A stretch of DNA of 56,035 nucleotides from a virus (IMGVR_UViG_2740892233_000026), one strand, 5' to 3'. Positions 10,047 to 23,951 are shown, counted from the stretch's first letter. Made by a program: numbers and translations. Notes: generated from the sequence alone by a model not told the origin.

Positions 10047-10411
10047 ACATCCCCCTTCCAGCGGCGACGGTTAACGGCAGGCGGTACGCCCCGCCCAAGC
10101 CAGAGATGACAGCTTCCGCCATCATCCGGCGAAATCCGGTCTATCCAGAAGTTTTCCTCACCGATGGTCAGCGTGTCTCCACGCCGCAGCTGCCGCACAT
10201 CATCAGTCCGGACAAACAGGGACGGGCTGGAGCCTTCAACGCGCACGCCCTGTCCGGCATAGCTGATATTTTCAGGGTCATCAAAAACACCACGTATCAC
10301 AGCACCGGACTGCTCACCGGATGTCATGGTGGCTGACGTTCCCATGTACCCGCGTATCGTTTCATCGGCGCAGGCAATGGCAGCATCGAACAGGTTATCG
10401 AAATCAGCCAC
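10037..10411 (-). CDS. FII: head-tail connector protein FII
   Basis: ORF VADFDNLFDAAIACADETIRGYMG... (GTG start, GGAGG 5 nt upstream), lambda FII-like. Confidence 0.85.
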   Translation of the reverse strand: MADFDNLFDAAIACADETIRGYMGTSATMTSGEQSGAVIRGVFDDPENISYAGQGVRVEGSSPSLFVRTDDVRQLRRGDTLTIGEENFWIDRISPDDGGSCHLWLGRGVPPAVNRRRWKGDVWP

Positions 10412-10422
10412 AGCGCCTCCCG

Positions 10423-10818
10423 TTATTGCATTCTGGCCAGGCCGCGCTCTGTCATTTCAGCTGCCACACCGGCAGAGACACGGAACGCCGTTCCCGGCAG
10501 CACAAATGCCACAGCCTCATCCCGCGTGGCGTGAAGTGCATCAGTATGCAGCGTCACCAGTGCCACAACCGTGACCAGATCAGCCGTATCAGTCACGGTA
10601 TCCGGCTGCGCTGATACAACCTCATTTTCATGTCCGGTCAGCGCATTTTCCGGGCTGACAGATGTGTCCTGACCGGCAGCGTCATCCGTGTCATCAAGCT
10701 CCTCTTCCAGCTCTGCCACACGGAGTGCCAGTTCTTCTTTCGTCCCCGTCAGGCTGACATCACGGTTCAGTTGCTCACCCAGCACCTGAAGACGGGCAAT
10801 CAGTTCATCTTTCGTCAT
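10423..10818 (-). CDS. FI: DNA packaging protein FI
   Basis: ATG 10818 with GGAGGAG upstream; MTKDELIARLQVLGEQLNRDVSLTGTKEELALRVAELEEELDD... lambda FI-like. Confidence 0.85.
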   Translation of the reverse strand: MTKDELIARLQVLGEQLNRDVSLTGTKEELALRVAELEEELDDTDDAAGQDTSVSPENALTGHENEVVSAQPDTVTDTADLVTVVALVTLHTDALHATRDEAVAFVLPGTAFRVSAGVAAEMTERGLARMQ

Positions 10819-10859
10819 GGACTCCTCCACAGAGAGAAAATGGCCCCGAAGGGCCATGA

Positions 10860-11891
10860 TTACGCCAGTTGTACGGACACGAACGCATCAGGGTCAGCCA
10901 GCAGCATCAGCGGTGCTGACTGAATCATGGTGAACTCACGCGCCGGATCGCCGGTGGTCACCCAGTTTTTCGGGTAGCGGGCAGAGGCGTTAATACCTTC
11001 GCGCTGTGCGTCCGCATCCTGAATGCAGCCATAGGTGCGCAGACCGCGTGCCTGAGTGTTCCCCAGCACCATCGTGTTGTCCGGAAGGAAGTTCTTTTTG
11101 ACGTCGTTTTCCACGTACTGTCCGGAATACACGACGATCGCCGTATCGCCATACATCCCCTTATAGGACACCGCTTCGCCCAGGTCTTTTACCGCTGTCT
11201 CCAGCTCGGAATGAGAGCCGCGACGGGTATCCAGCTTCTCCCTGACGGCTTTGAAGGAACGGAACAGCGCCCAGCCTTTCGGATCAAACACGATGATATT
11301 CACCACACCGCTGGCGTTCAGCGCGTAGGCTTCGATATCGTCGGTCGGGTCATACGTGGACTTGTCACGCTTGCTCCACTCCGTACCGCCGGACTGCGTG
11401 ATGTTGTTCGCCACACTGCGGCCCATATCCACTTCAACCGGATCGAAGGCTTCACCGGTCATGGTGTATTTGCCCTTAAGCACGGCAGAAACTGCCTGCA
11501 TCTCTTCGANNNNNNNNNNAGCAATGGCCAGCTCTTCGTCTCGCATGTTCTGCAGGATGATGCGACGGCGGCGGTAAGCCGGGTCCGCCAGATTCTGTGG
11601 ATCTTCATCCGGCAGGCGACGCAGGGTCATCTGCGGATTCACTTCATGCTTGGGTTTGACATATCCCGGCGTAAATTCAGAGGTGGAGCCGCCACGGGAG
11701 CGGATAACCTCACCGGAAACAATCGGCGAAACGTACAGCGCCATGTTTACCAGTCCCGGAATTTGTGAGAGATAGACTTTCTCCGTGGTGAAGGGATAGC
11801 TCTCACGGAAAAAGAGACGCAGAAACAGCGGATCAAACTTAAATTTCTGCTCATTTGCCGCCAGCAGCTGGGCGGTTGTGTACATCGACAT
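10860..11891 (-). CDS. E: major capsid protein E (scaffold gap inside)
   Basis: MSMYTTAQLLAANEQKFKFDPLFLRLFFRESYPFTTEKVYLSQIPGLVNMALYVSPIVSGEVIRSRGGSTSEF... lambda E-like; N-gap 11510-11519 replaces only ~4 nt relative to remembered lambda E. Confidence 0.9.
   Translation of the reverse strand: MSMYTTAQLLAANEQKFKFDPLFLRLFFRESYPFTTEKVYLSQIPGLVNMALYVSPIVSGEVIRSRGGSTSEFTPGYVKPKHEVNPQMTLRRLPDEDPQNLADPAYRRRRIILQNMRDEELAIAXXXXEEMQAVSAVLKGKYTMTGEAFDPVEVDMGRSVANNITQSGGTEWSKRDKSTYDPTDDIEAYALNASGVVNIIVFDPKGWALFRSFKAVREKLDTRRGSHSELETAVKDLGEAVSYKGMYGDTAIVVYSGQYVENDVKKNFLPDNTMVLGNTQARGLRTYGCIQDADAQREGINASARYPKNWVTTGDPAREFTMIQSAPLMLLADPDAFVSVQLA
11510..11519. other. scaffold gap (10 N)
   Basis: 10 N inside E without flanking duplication; shows N-runs are not size-true. 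Confidence 0.95.
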
Positions 11892-11946
11892 AAAAAAATC
11901 CCGTAAAAAAAGCCGCACAGGCGGCCTTTAGTGATGAAGGGTAAGG

Positions 11947-12279
11947 TTAAACGATGCTGATTGCCGTTCCGGCAAACGCGGTCCGTTTTTTCGTCTCATC
12001 GCTGGCAGCCTCCGGCCAGAGCACATCCTCATAACGGAACGTGCCGGACTTGTAGAACGTCAGCGTGGTGCTGGTCTGGTCAGCAGCAACCGCAAGAATG
12101 CCAACGGCAGCACCGTCGGTGGTGCCATCCCACGCAACCAGCTTACGGGTGGCGGTGTCCAGCATCAGCGGGGTCATTGCAGGCGCTTTCGCACTCAATC
12201 CGCCGGGCGCGGTTGCGGTATGAGCCGGGTCACTGTTGCCCAGCGGCTGGTAATGGGTAAAGGTTTCTTTGCTCGTCAT
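11947..12279 (-). CDS. D: head decoration protein D
   Basis: [52 protein letters not shown]... lambda D-like; ATG 12279. Confidence 0.9.
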   Translation of the reverse strand: MTSKETFTHYQPLGNSDPAHTATAPGGLSAKAPAMTPLMLDTATRKLVAWDGTTDGAAVGILAVAADQTSTTLTFYKSGTFRYEDVLWPEAASDETKKRTAFAGTAISIV

Positions 12280-12288
12280 AAACATCCC

Positions 12289-13985
12289 TTACACTGGTGT
12301 GTTCAGCAAATCGTTAACGGCATCAGATGCCGGGTTACCTGCAGCCAGCGGTGCCGGGGCACCCTGCATCAGACGATCCAGCGCAGTGTCACTGCGCGCC
12401 TGTGCACTCTGTGGTGCTGCGGCCAGAATGCGGCGGGCCGTTTCCACGGTCATACCGGGGGTTTCTGCCAGCACGCGTGCCTGTTCTTCGCGTCCGTGAG
12501 CCTCCTCACAGTTGAGGATCCCCATAATGCGGCTGTTTTCTGCCGCAACCGCAGCGGTGATCTGCGCGTTCACGTCCGGCTGCGCCGCGCTGGCGTTTTC
12601 GCCCTCCGTCGCTGGCACCACGTCAGTAACGTCAGCCTGCGAAGCAGTGGCTGAAACAGTTGTTGATTGAGTCTCTTTGGTCATTCGCCCTCCTGAGAGA
12701 CGGGATTTACGTGCATCCAGTGCATCACGCATGACGGTGATCGCATCGGTGCTGTTAACAAGTTCATCAGCCAGTCCGGCATCAATGGCCTCCTGACCGC
12801 TGTACACTGCAGCCTCGGTATCCAGCACAGCCTGCACGGACAGGCCGGTATATGCCGACACCTTCTGCGCAAACATCCGGCGGGTTGCATCCATCCGGGA
12901 CTGCAGTGTTTCCCGGACATCACCCGGTAGATGGCTGTAGGGGTTGCCATCCACCTTATGGCTGCCGCTGTAAATCAGCGTGATTTCCACGCCCTGTTTC
13001 TCCAGGGCAGCACCGTAATTACTGTGAGCCATCATGACGCCGATGGAGCCTGTCCGGGCGGTCTGCGTGACCAGACGCCGGGAGGCGGCGCTGGCAAGCA
13101 GCTGACCTGCACTGCAGTTCATGTCGTTGGCCAGCGCCCATACCGGTTTTATGTCACGCACACGGGCGATGATGTCAGCACAGTCAAATGCTCCCGCCAC
13201 CATTCCGCCCGGTGTGTCCATATCGAGCAGAATGCCGTCCACCATCGGGTCGCTGGCAGCCTGTTGCAGACGGGCGATAATGCCGTTGTAACCGGTCATC
13301 CCCGAATACGGCTGCAGCGCCCGCGTCCGGCTGACCAGCGTACCGGACACCGGCAGCACGGCGATGCCGTTCATGACCTGATAACTCCGGGCCTGTCGTG
13401 GTCCGTCATCATCACCGGATAACGCCAGCGCCGCGGGTGCCTCTCCGGCAGTCAGGCTGTCGCCGGATACTGCATCCGTCAGGCGGCTGATCCCAAGCTG
13501 GCCTGCAAGCGCACAAAAGAAAACCCGCGCATAGGNNNNNNNNNNTTATGTCACGCACACGGGCGATGATGTCAGCGCAGTCAAATGCCCCCGCCACCAT
13601 CCCGCCGGGCGTGTCCATATCGAGCAGAATGCCGTCCACCATCGGATCGCTGGCAGCCTGTTGCAGACGGGCGATAATGCCGTTGTAACCGGTCATCCCC
13701 GAGTACGGCTGCAGCGCCCGCGTCCGGCTGACCAGCGTGCCGGACACCGGCAGCACGGCGATGCCGTTCATGACCTGATAACTGCGGGCCTGTCGTGGTC
13801 CGTCATCATCACCGGATAATGCCAGCGTCGCGAGTGCCTCCTGGGCAGTCAGGCTGTCGCCGGACACCGCATCCGTCAGGCGGCTGATCCCAAGCTGGCC
13901 TGCAAGCGCACAAAAGAAAACCCGCGCATAGGCGGGTTCAAGCATCAGCGGCTCATTAAAAGCCATGCTGGCAATATGCGGGAGA

Positions 13986-14005
<20 letters not shown>
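12289..14005 (-). CDS. C: capsid assembly protease C with nested scaffolding protein Nu3 (frame spans a gap with ~0.39 kb duplicated flank)
   Basis: GTG start 14005 with GGAGGAG upstream (VTAELRNLPHIASMAFNEPLM...), C-terminus ...ASDAVNDLLNTPV as lambda C/Nu3; gap 13536-13545. Confidence 0.8.
13536..13545. other. scaffold gap (10 N)
   Basis: 10 N inside C; ~385 bp near-identical flanks. Confidence 0.95.
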
Positions 14006-16049
<2,044 letters not shown>

Positions 16050-16059
16050 NNNNNNNNNN
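16050..16059. other. scaffold gap (10 N)
   Basis: 10 N; ~420 bp on each side repeated (B start, W, A 3' end) with a few substitutions. Confidence 0.95.
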
Positions 16060-18595
<2,536 letters not shown>

Positions 18596-18621
<26 letters not shown>

Positions 18622-19141
18622 TCAGCAACCCCGGTATCAGTTCATCCAGCGCGGCTGCTTTGTTCATGGCTTTGATGATATCCCGTTTCAGGAAATCAAC
18701 ATGTCGGTTTTCCAGTTCCGGAAAACGCCGCTGCACCGACAGGGGGATCCCGTCGAGAATACTGGCAATTTCACCTGCGATCCGCGACAGCACGAAAGTA
18801 CAGAATGCGGTTTCCACCACTTCAGCGGAGTCTCTGGCATTTTTCAGCTCCTGTGCGTCGGCCTGCGCACGCGTAAGTCGATGGCGTTCGTACTCAATAG
18901 TCCCTGGCTGGAGATCTGTCTCGCTGGCCTGCCGCAGTTCTTCAACTTCCCGGCGCAGCTTTTCGTTCTCAATTTCAGCATCCCTTTCGGCATACCATTT
19001 TATGGCGGCGGCAGAGTCATAAAGCACTTCATTACCCTTGCCACCACCCCGCAGAACGGGCATTCCCTGCTCCTGCCAGTTCTGAATGGTACGGATACTC
19101 GCGCCGAAAATGTCAGCCAGCTGCTTTTTGTTGACTTCCAT
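18596..19141 (-). CDS. nu1: terminase small subunit Nu1
   Basis: 181-aa ORF MEVNKKQLADIFGASIRTIQNWQEQGMPVLRGGGKGNEVLYDSAAAIKWYAERDAEIENEKLRREVEEL... lambda Nu1-like. Confidence 0.9.
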
Positions 19142-19167
19142 TGTTCATTCCACGGACAAAAACAGAG

Positions 19168-19177
19168 NNNNNNNNNN
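19168..19177. other. scaffold gap (10 N)
   Basis: 10 N; ~165 bp flanking duplication of Nu1 5' end. Confidence 0.95.
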
Positions 19178-19314
19178 ACGGCGGCAGAGTCATAAAGCAC
19201 CTCATTACCCTTGCCACCGCCTCGCAGAACGGGCATTCCCTGTTCCTGCCAGTTCTGAATGGTACGGATACTCGCACCGAAAATGTCAGCCAGCTGCTTT
19301 TTGTTGACTTCCAT
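19178..19314 (-). CDS. nu1: Nu1 5' fragment (duplicate, truncated by gap)
   Basis: Minus-strand ATG 19314; MEVNKKQLADIFGASIRTIQNWQEQGMPVLRGGGKGNEVLYDSAA then gap. Confidence 0.6.
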
Positions 19315-19491
19315 TGTTCATTCCACGGACAAAAACAGAGAAAGGAAACGACAGAGGCCAAAAAGCCCGTTTTCAGCACCTGTCGTTTCCTTTCTTTTCA
19401 GGGGGTATTTTAAATAAAAACATTAAGTTACGACGAAGAAGAACGGAAACACCTTAAACCGGAAAATTTTCATAAATAGCGAAAACCCGCG

Positions 19492-19503
19492 AGGTCGCCG
19501 CCC
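19492..19503. other. cos: cos site cohesive-end sequence (cosN), with cosB toward Nu1
   Basis: AGGTCGCCGCCC (complement of lambda 12-nt cohesive end GGGCGGCGACCT) ~180 bp upstream of Nu1 start; flanking sequence matches remembered lambda left and right ends. Confidence 0.75.
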
Positions 19504-19709
19504 CGTAACCTGTCGGATCGCCGGAAAGGACCCGCAAAATGATAATAATTATCATCTACATGAGGTTTATCACGACATGTGTGTACGCCATCAAACCACG
19601 AGAAATAATCAATTATTACGCAGGTATCGTATTAATTGATCTGCATCAAATTAGCGTAAAAGCAACTTCAGATAATACAAATCAGCAACACTGAATACGG
19701 GGCAACATT

Positions 19710-19934
19710 ATGTCATCAAAGAACAGAACCCGCAGAACAACAACCCGCAACATCCGATTTCCAAACCAGATAATTGAACAAATTAACATCGCTCTTGACC
19801 TGAAAGGTTCAGGTAATTTTTCAGCGTGGGTTATTGAAGCCTGCAGAAGAAGATTAATTAATGAAAAATATTCTCAATTTGTACCCAACAAAGACAAACA
19901 CGACCAGAGCACCTGTTCAGACAGGTTTACTTAA
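19710..19934 (+). CDS. conserved lambdoid hypothetical protein (lambda right-arm terminal ORF homolog)
   Basis: 74-aa ORF MSSKNRTRRTTTRNIRFPNQIIEQINIALDLKGSGNFSAWVIEACRRRL...; resembles the ORF at the lambda right end; convergent with PerC-like gene. Confidence 0.65.
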   Translation: MSSKNRTRRTTTRNIRFPNQIIEQINIALDLKGSGNFSAWVIEACRRRLINEKYSQFVPNKDKHDQSTCSDRFT

Positions 19935-19950
19935 ACGACTTATATATGAC

Positions 19951-19979
19951 ACAAAAAGCGACCACTAAAGTCGCTTTTT
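19951..19979. terminator. bidirectional rho-independent terminator
   Basis: A-run, GCGAC-cactaaa-GTCGC hairpin, T-run between convergent ORFs. Confidence 0.5.
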
Positions 19980-20015
19980 CTTATGGTAACAGGCAATAAC
20001 TCTCTCAGATATTTT

Positions 20016-20330
20016 TTAGCATTTTTTTGACCGCGCGTTTCCGGACGTATTCTGTTCTCCTGTCCCTTTATATCGTCGGAATACCCGCCGCTCTTCAAAT
20101 CCCATTCCCAACTCAGAATGTAGTCTGTTGACCGCTTGTTTTATTTCGGTCAGGTTCACCGGTGAAACCGGAGTCCGGCGCGCCTTACGCAAACACTCTG
20201 CTCGTTTCTGTGCCGCCACTTTTCTTTTCTGGTCATCACTTAGCTGTACCATCACTTTTGCCCATCGTTCAGCTGCTCTCCGGTACAGTCCTTTTTTCTC
20301 CAGACATTCTGCCACGTGATCATGTAGCAT
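20016..20330 (-). CDS. PerC-family transcriptional regulator homolog
   Basis: 104-aa ORF with LEKKGLYRRAAERWAKV motif typical of PerC/Pch proteins; ATG with GGAGG 7 nt upstream. Confidence 0.7.
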   Translation of the reverse strand: MLHDHVAECLEKKGLYRRAAERWAKVMVQLSDDQKRKVAAQKRAECLRKARRTPVSPVNLTEIKQAVNRLHSELGMGFEERRVFRRYKGTGEQNTSGNARSKKC

Positions 20331-20795
20331 AAGTGACCTCCGATTATCTACAGACTGCCATCCTGAATTTACCTTCCCTTAATGAAATAACAATAAAAAA
20401 CAAACCACGCAAAAACAATAAAACAACACACAAAAAAAACTAAATAATAAACAAAAATAATCACCTTATTTTATTATTTTTTGAGGGGGCAATTACTGAA
20501 CAAAAAACGCTGACTATATACTCAAAACCAAACAACTATTCTGCCAATCAGGTATCATGGCAACACACGGAATTACCGTGTTTTTGCCTTCTCTGCCCAT
20601 ACAATACGGGCATATACTTCATACTCTATTGTAATATTTCTATCCATGCGCCCCACTCCATTTACCTGTAAATAATATTCAAAATATTTATCACAGAAAT
20701 CGTTTTTGGCCATGAACTGAGCACACTATAAAGTCCGGAACTGACTCTTTGTTAAATTACCTTAACGTTACCAGTAACATATTCATAACAAAACA

Positions 20796-21046
20796 TCACG
20801 GTATACACTGGGTACGGATATATTCCTGTGCTCCTTCCAGTTGCTTCTGCATTGCCATCAGCCGTTCTCTGAGGATGAAATAATCCCGTTCAGCGGCTTC
20901 TGCCAGTCGGGGACCGGTTGCATTACCCACGCCGGAGGTGATGGGGGCTTTACGCAAGGAGCCTGGACAGTTGGCGTTGATGCGCAGGCGCTTACGACCA
21001 GCGGCAACATCAGCACGCAGAGTTTCATTTTCAGCTCTCGCATCGG
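20796..21046 (-). CDS. Rz: i-spanin Rz, 3' fragment (truncated by gap)
   Basis: ...[23 protein letters not shown]...[31 protein letters not shown], Rz-like C-terminus. Confidence 0.75.
20858..21043 (-). CDS. Rz1: o-spanin Rz1 (embedded in Rz, +1 frame)
   Basis: [24 protein letters not shown]...[26 protein letters not shown]; lipobox and proline-rich, as lambda Rz1. Confidence 0.75.
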   Translation of the reverse strand: MRELKMKLCVLMLPLVVSACASTPTVQAPCVKPPSPPAWVMQPVPDWQKPLNGIISSSENG

Positions 21047-21056
21047 NNNNNNNNNN
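21047..21056. other. scaffold gap (10 N)
   Basis: 10 N; sequence before gap matches an internal part of the Rz copy at 22130-22175. Confidence 0.95.
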
Positions 21057-21251
21057 GAGAAGGCTGGCAACAGATGCAACGCATCTGCGTCCGGCCAGCA
21101 TGACAAATAACGAGAAATGAACGTTCGGTTACAGGAGCAGGTACCCACTGTCCTCCAACAATATTTCATCTTCATACCCGGCGGAACAAGACTTACCCAG
21201 CCGGAATGTACAGAATAACAACAGAGTGATAATTAATTTCTGATGAAATAA

Positions 21252-21584
21252 TCAGGGTGCAGAAGGACTAAAGATAAACGTTTTCTTCACGCCTTTACGC
21301 GGCCTGTCCTTCTCAAATCGCCATTTTGCCATCGCCTTTACAACCTGCTCATCAAACAGATGGTGCGGCTCTGAACGGATAAACTCAATTCGGGTGACAG
21401 TACCATCAGCACCAATATCAAACTTCACATCAACCCGTCCCTTTATATAATTTGCCGCTGCATAGGCCGGATATTGTGGTAATGCCTTAACCAACTGTCG
21501 GGGCATATCTGTTTTATGTTGCGTACAGCCCATAACCAGAGAAGACAACAAAATAATTAACGGAAGATTTCTTTTCATTTTCAT
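21252..21584 (-). CDS. lipoprotein with TonB C-terminal-like domain
   Basis: Signal peptide and lipobox MKMKRNLPLIILLSSLVMGC; LPQYPAYAAANYIKGRVDVKFDIGADGTVTRIEFIRSEPHHLFDEQVVKAMAKWRFE aligns motif-by-motif with E. coli TonB C-terminus (QPQYPARAQALRIEGQVKVKFDV..DGRV...AMRRWRYE); sits downstream of Rz/Rz1. Confidence 0.7.
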   Translation of the reverse strand: MKMKRNLPLIILLSSLVMGCTQHKTDMPRQLVKALPQYPAYAAANYIKGRVDVKFDIGADGTVTRIEFIRSEPHHLFDEQVVKAMAKWRFEKDRPRKGVKKTFIFSPSAP

Positions 21585-21598
21585 TCCCGGCACAGATA

Positions 21599-21615
21599 AG
21601 AATAAGTCTTATTCT
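21599..21615. promoter_or_regulatory. 17-bp palindrome AGAATAAG-T-CTTATTCT (operator-like, Fur-box-like) upstream of the lipoprotein gene
   Basis: Perfect 8-bp inverted repeat within GATAAGAATAAGTCTTATTCTAAC, 15-31 bp upstream of the ATG. Confidence 0.4.
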
Positions 21616-21916
21616 AACAATGCCACCCTGTCGGCCATCAATCCTCTGCTTAATGGCAACGACAATTATCCGACTTAAATCACAAATCAGACACATGACA
21701 TAACAGGTCTTGCGAGGTAACACATCGTCCGGTTTCTTCCACCATCGCACCGAACCAGCGACCATGAGGGGACAACGCCGCGCTCCGTTAACGCGGTAAA
21801 CCCCGGTGTGTATCGTTTTTGATTATCCCCGCACACTCGCGCAGAGGAGTCTCCCTGTCGGGCTGCGGTCTCTGTTAATGAGGGAATACAGCGACGATAC
21901 GGCGTATCAGCAAAAC

Positions 21917-22368
21917 TTAGTTCAGGCACTGAGTGCGGATATAGTCCTGTGCCCCTTCCAGCTGCTTCTGCATTGTCATCAACCGTTCTCTGAGGATGAA
22001 ATAATCCCGTTCAGCGGTGTCTGCCAGTCGGGGGCCGGTTGCATTATCCACGCCGGAGGTGCCGGTGGCTTCACGCACGGTACCGGAGCAGGTGGCGTTG
22101 ATCCGCAGGCGCTTACGACCAGCGGCAACATCAGCACGCAGAGTTTCATTTTCAGCTCTCGCATCGGCTAATTCCCTCGAGTATTTTGCATCGAGCTCAG
22201 CAACATCGCGCTGGCGCACCTGCATATCAGTAATGGTTGCGTTTGCCAGCTCCAGCTCTCTGGCTTTTTTATCGCGCTGCGCTTTGTAGGTGATGACGTT
22301 ATCGCGGTAATGATTCAGCCCCAGACTAAGCGCACCACAGACCACCAGCAGAATAACGGTAAACGCGG
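21917..22368 (-). CDS. Rz: i-spanin Rz (5' end cut by gap)
   Basis: ...[46 protein letters not shown]...[31 protein letters not shown]. Confidence 0.8.
21979..22164 (-). CDS. Rz1: o-spanin Rz1
   Basis: [61 protein letters not shown]. Confidence 0.8.
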   Translation of the reverse strand: MRELKMKLCVLMLPLVVSACGSTPPAPVPCVKPPAPPAWIMQPAPDWQTPLNGIISSSENG

Positions 22369-22378
22369 NNNNNNNNNN
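22369..22378. other. scaffold gap (10 N)
   Basis: 10 N; sequence before gap recurs at ~22440-22488 after it. Confidence 0.95.
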
Positions 22379-22504
22379 TGCGATGATGGATGTGGCTTTA
22401 TCGCGCTGCTCTTTGTAAGCGATGGCGTTATCACGGTAATGATTCAGCCCCAGACTAAGCGCACCACAGACCACCAGCAGAATAACGGTAAACGCGGAAA
22501 GCAT
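22379..22504 (-). CDS. Rz: Rz 5' fragment (variant matching the Rz 3' part at 34674-35019)
   Basis: ATG 22504; [42 protein letters not shown] then gap; overlaps in sequence with start of the Rz piece at 34674. Confidence 0.6.
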
Positions 22505-22515
22505 TCGGTTTATGC

Positions 22516-22665
22516 TCACCCCACCAGCCCTGCCGAAGTCAACGCCATCCAGGTTATGGAAAGAAAAAGAACAACCAGCATTAGTGAAAATGAAATACCG
22601 ACGATTACACAAAGGCCCTTCGCCAGCGTTATGAGTTTATCCGATATCATTAGCCACCACTCCAT
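22516..22665 (-). CDS. small hydrophobic protein (49 aa), copy 1
   Basis: MEWWLMISDKLITLAKGLCVIVGISFSLMLVVLFLSITWMALTSAGLVG; ends 11 nt before Rz start; not in supplied ORF track (below length cutoff). Confidence 0.35.
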   Translation of the reverse strand: MEWWLMISDKLITLAKGLCVIVGISFSLMLVVLFLSITWMALTSAGLVG

Positions 22666-22681
22666 CAATCCGCCTTTGTTA

Positions 22682-22691
22682 NNNNNNNNNN
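22682..22691. other. scaffold gap (10 N)
   Basis: 10 N. Confidence 0.95.
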
Positions 22692-22772
22692 GCGGTAATG
22701 ATTCAGCCCCAGACTAAGTGCACCACAGGCTACCAGCAGGACAATAATCACCACACACAGAACACGGTTCAT
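22692..22772 (-). CDS. Rz: Rz 5' fragment (another variant)
   Basis: ATG 22772 preceded by [34 protein letters not shown] then gap. Confidence 0.55.
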
Positions 22773-22779
22773 CTCTCTT

Positions 22780-22929
22780 TCACCCCACCAGTCCCGATAA
22801 CGTCAGGACTCGCCAAGCGGTGGAAAAGAAAATGGCAACCAGAATGACTAAAAATGAAATGCCGACGATTACACAGAGGATCTTCGCCAGCGTTATGAGT
22901 TTATCCGATATCATTAGCCACCACTCCAT
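22780..22929 (-). CDS. small hydrophobic protein (49 aa), copy 2
   Basis: MEWWLMISDKLITLAKILCVIVGISFLVILVAIFFSTAWRVLTLSGLVG; start overlaps upstream stop (TGATG); conserved with copy 1. Confidence 0.35.
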   Translation of the reverse strand: MEWWLMISDKLITLAKILCVIVGISFLVILVAIFFSTAWRVLTLSGLVG

Positions 22930-23350
22930 CAATCCGCCTTTGTTATTTTCCCTTTGCCTGTATCAGCCAGGACAAAATCAATCAGCAGATTCGCTTCGTT
23001 TATCAATGTGCGGATTTTTGATACATGCGCGGATTTAACCTGTTTCCACTCATTCAGCCCGGTAGCAAACACACTGGCAATGTTTTTATCCCGTTTCATG
23101 TCAGCGCAGGCCTGATTGAGTTCTTCCATCACACTCATTCGACGGGGATTAACGACACCCCCCTTCGTCCAGTATTCATAGAGAACATCGTCGCACTCTT
23201 CCTGATACTGGATTACCTTGTCGCGGATTTCGGGTTTTACTTTGTTGGGATTGATGGTTTGTAACCAGCCTGCAAGTTTTCGAAGTGGCAGGGACACCAT
23301 ATTGCGTCGTTTCCCATCCTCAGCAACCATAACGATTTCCGTTATAGTTG
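22929..23350 (-). CDS. phage protein of unknown function, 3' part (possible antirepressor-like gene upstream of Rz; truncated by gap)
   Basis: In-frame ...SLPLRKLAGWLQTINPNKVKPEIRGKVIQYQEECDDVLYEYWTKG...ANLLIDFVLADTGKGKITKAD; a duplicated copy of part of it follows in 23361-23602. Confidence 0.4.
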
Positions 23351-23360
23351 NNNNNNNNNN
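23351..23360. other. scaffold gap (10 N)
   Basis: 10 N; ~240 bp near-identical flanks. Confidence 0.95.
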
Positions 23361-23602
23361 AGCCTGATTGAGTTCTTCCATCACACTCATTCGACGGGGA
23401 TTAACGACAAAACCCTTCGTCCAGTATTCATAGAGAACATCGTCACACTCTTCCTGATACTGGATTACCTTGCCGCGGATTTCGGGTTTTACTTTGTTGG
23501 GATTGATGGTTTGTAACCAGCCTGCAAGTTTTCGAAGCGGCAGGGACACCATATTGCGTCGTTTCCCATCCTCAGCAACCATAACGATTTCCGTTATAGT
23601 TG

Positions 23603-23612
23603 NNNNNNNNNN
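23603..23612. other. scaffold gap (10 N)
   Basis: 10 N. Confidence 0.95.
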
Positions 23613-23706
23613 CGATGGCGTTATCACGGTAATGATTAACAGCCCATGACTGGCAGGCGATAATGCAGATAACCAGAGCGGAGATAATAACGGTTACCCT
23701 GCTCAT
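23613..23706 (-). CDS. Rz: Rz 5' fragment (duplicate of the endolysin-Rz junction at 24720-24810)
   Basis: Minus ATG 23706; [31 protein letters not shown]... Confidence 0.5.
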
Positions 23707-23715
23707 TGTTGCCCC

Positions 23716-23725
23716 NNNNNNNNNN
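23716..23725. other. scaffold gap (10 N)
   Basis: 10 N. Confidence 0.95.
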
Positions 23726-23951
23726 CTTATTAAGGAAAAAAACAGCCAGCACTGACTTTCGGTGGAGAGGTGCTGGCTCAAAAGGATAGATGTACTTCAC
23801 ATGTTGCTTCTATATGGCAGTACATTTTCTGACAGACAGTGACGGATGTTGTCAAGATATTGTGTCATTTATAACCTGAATCAGGGGAGGCCGGAATGTT
23901 ATCTGGCATTTTTAGCAGAGCCTGAATGCCATAATCACGGCTCCCGGCGTT

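Noticed and set aside
19086-19413. Small ORFs overlapping the cos region (19086-19307, 19113-19379, 19141-19413)
   Set aside because: They overlap cosB/cosN and the Nu1 duplicate and span an N-gap; the region is a known non-coding packaging site
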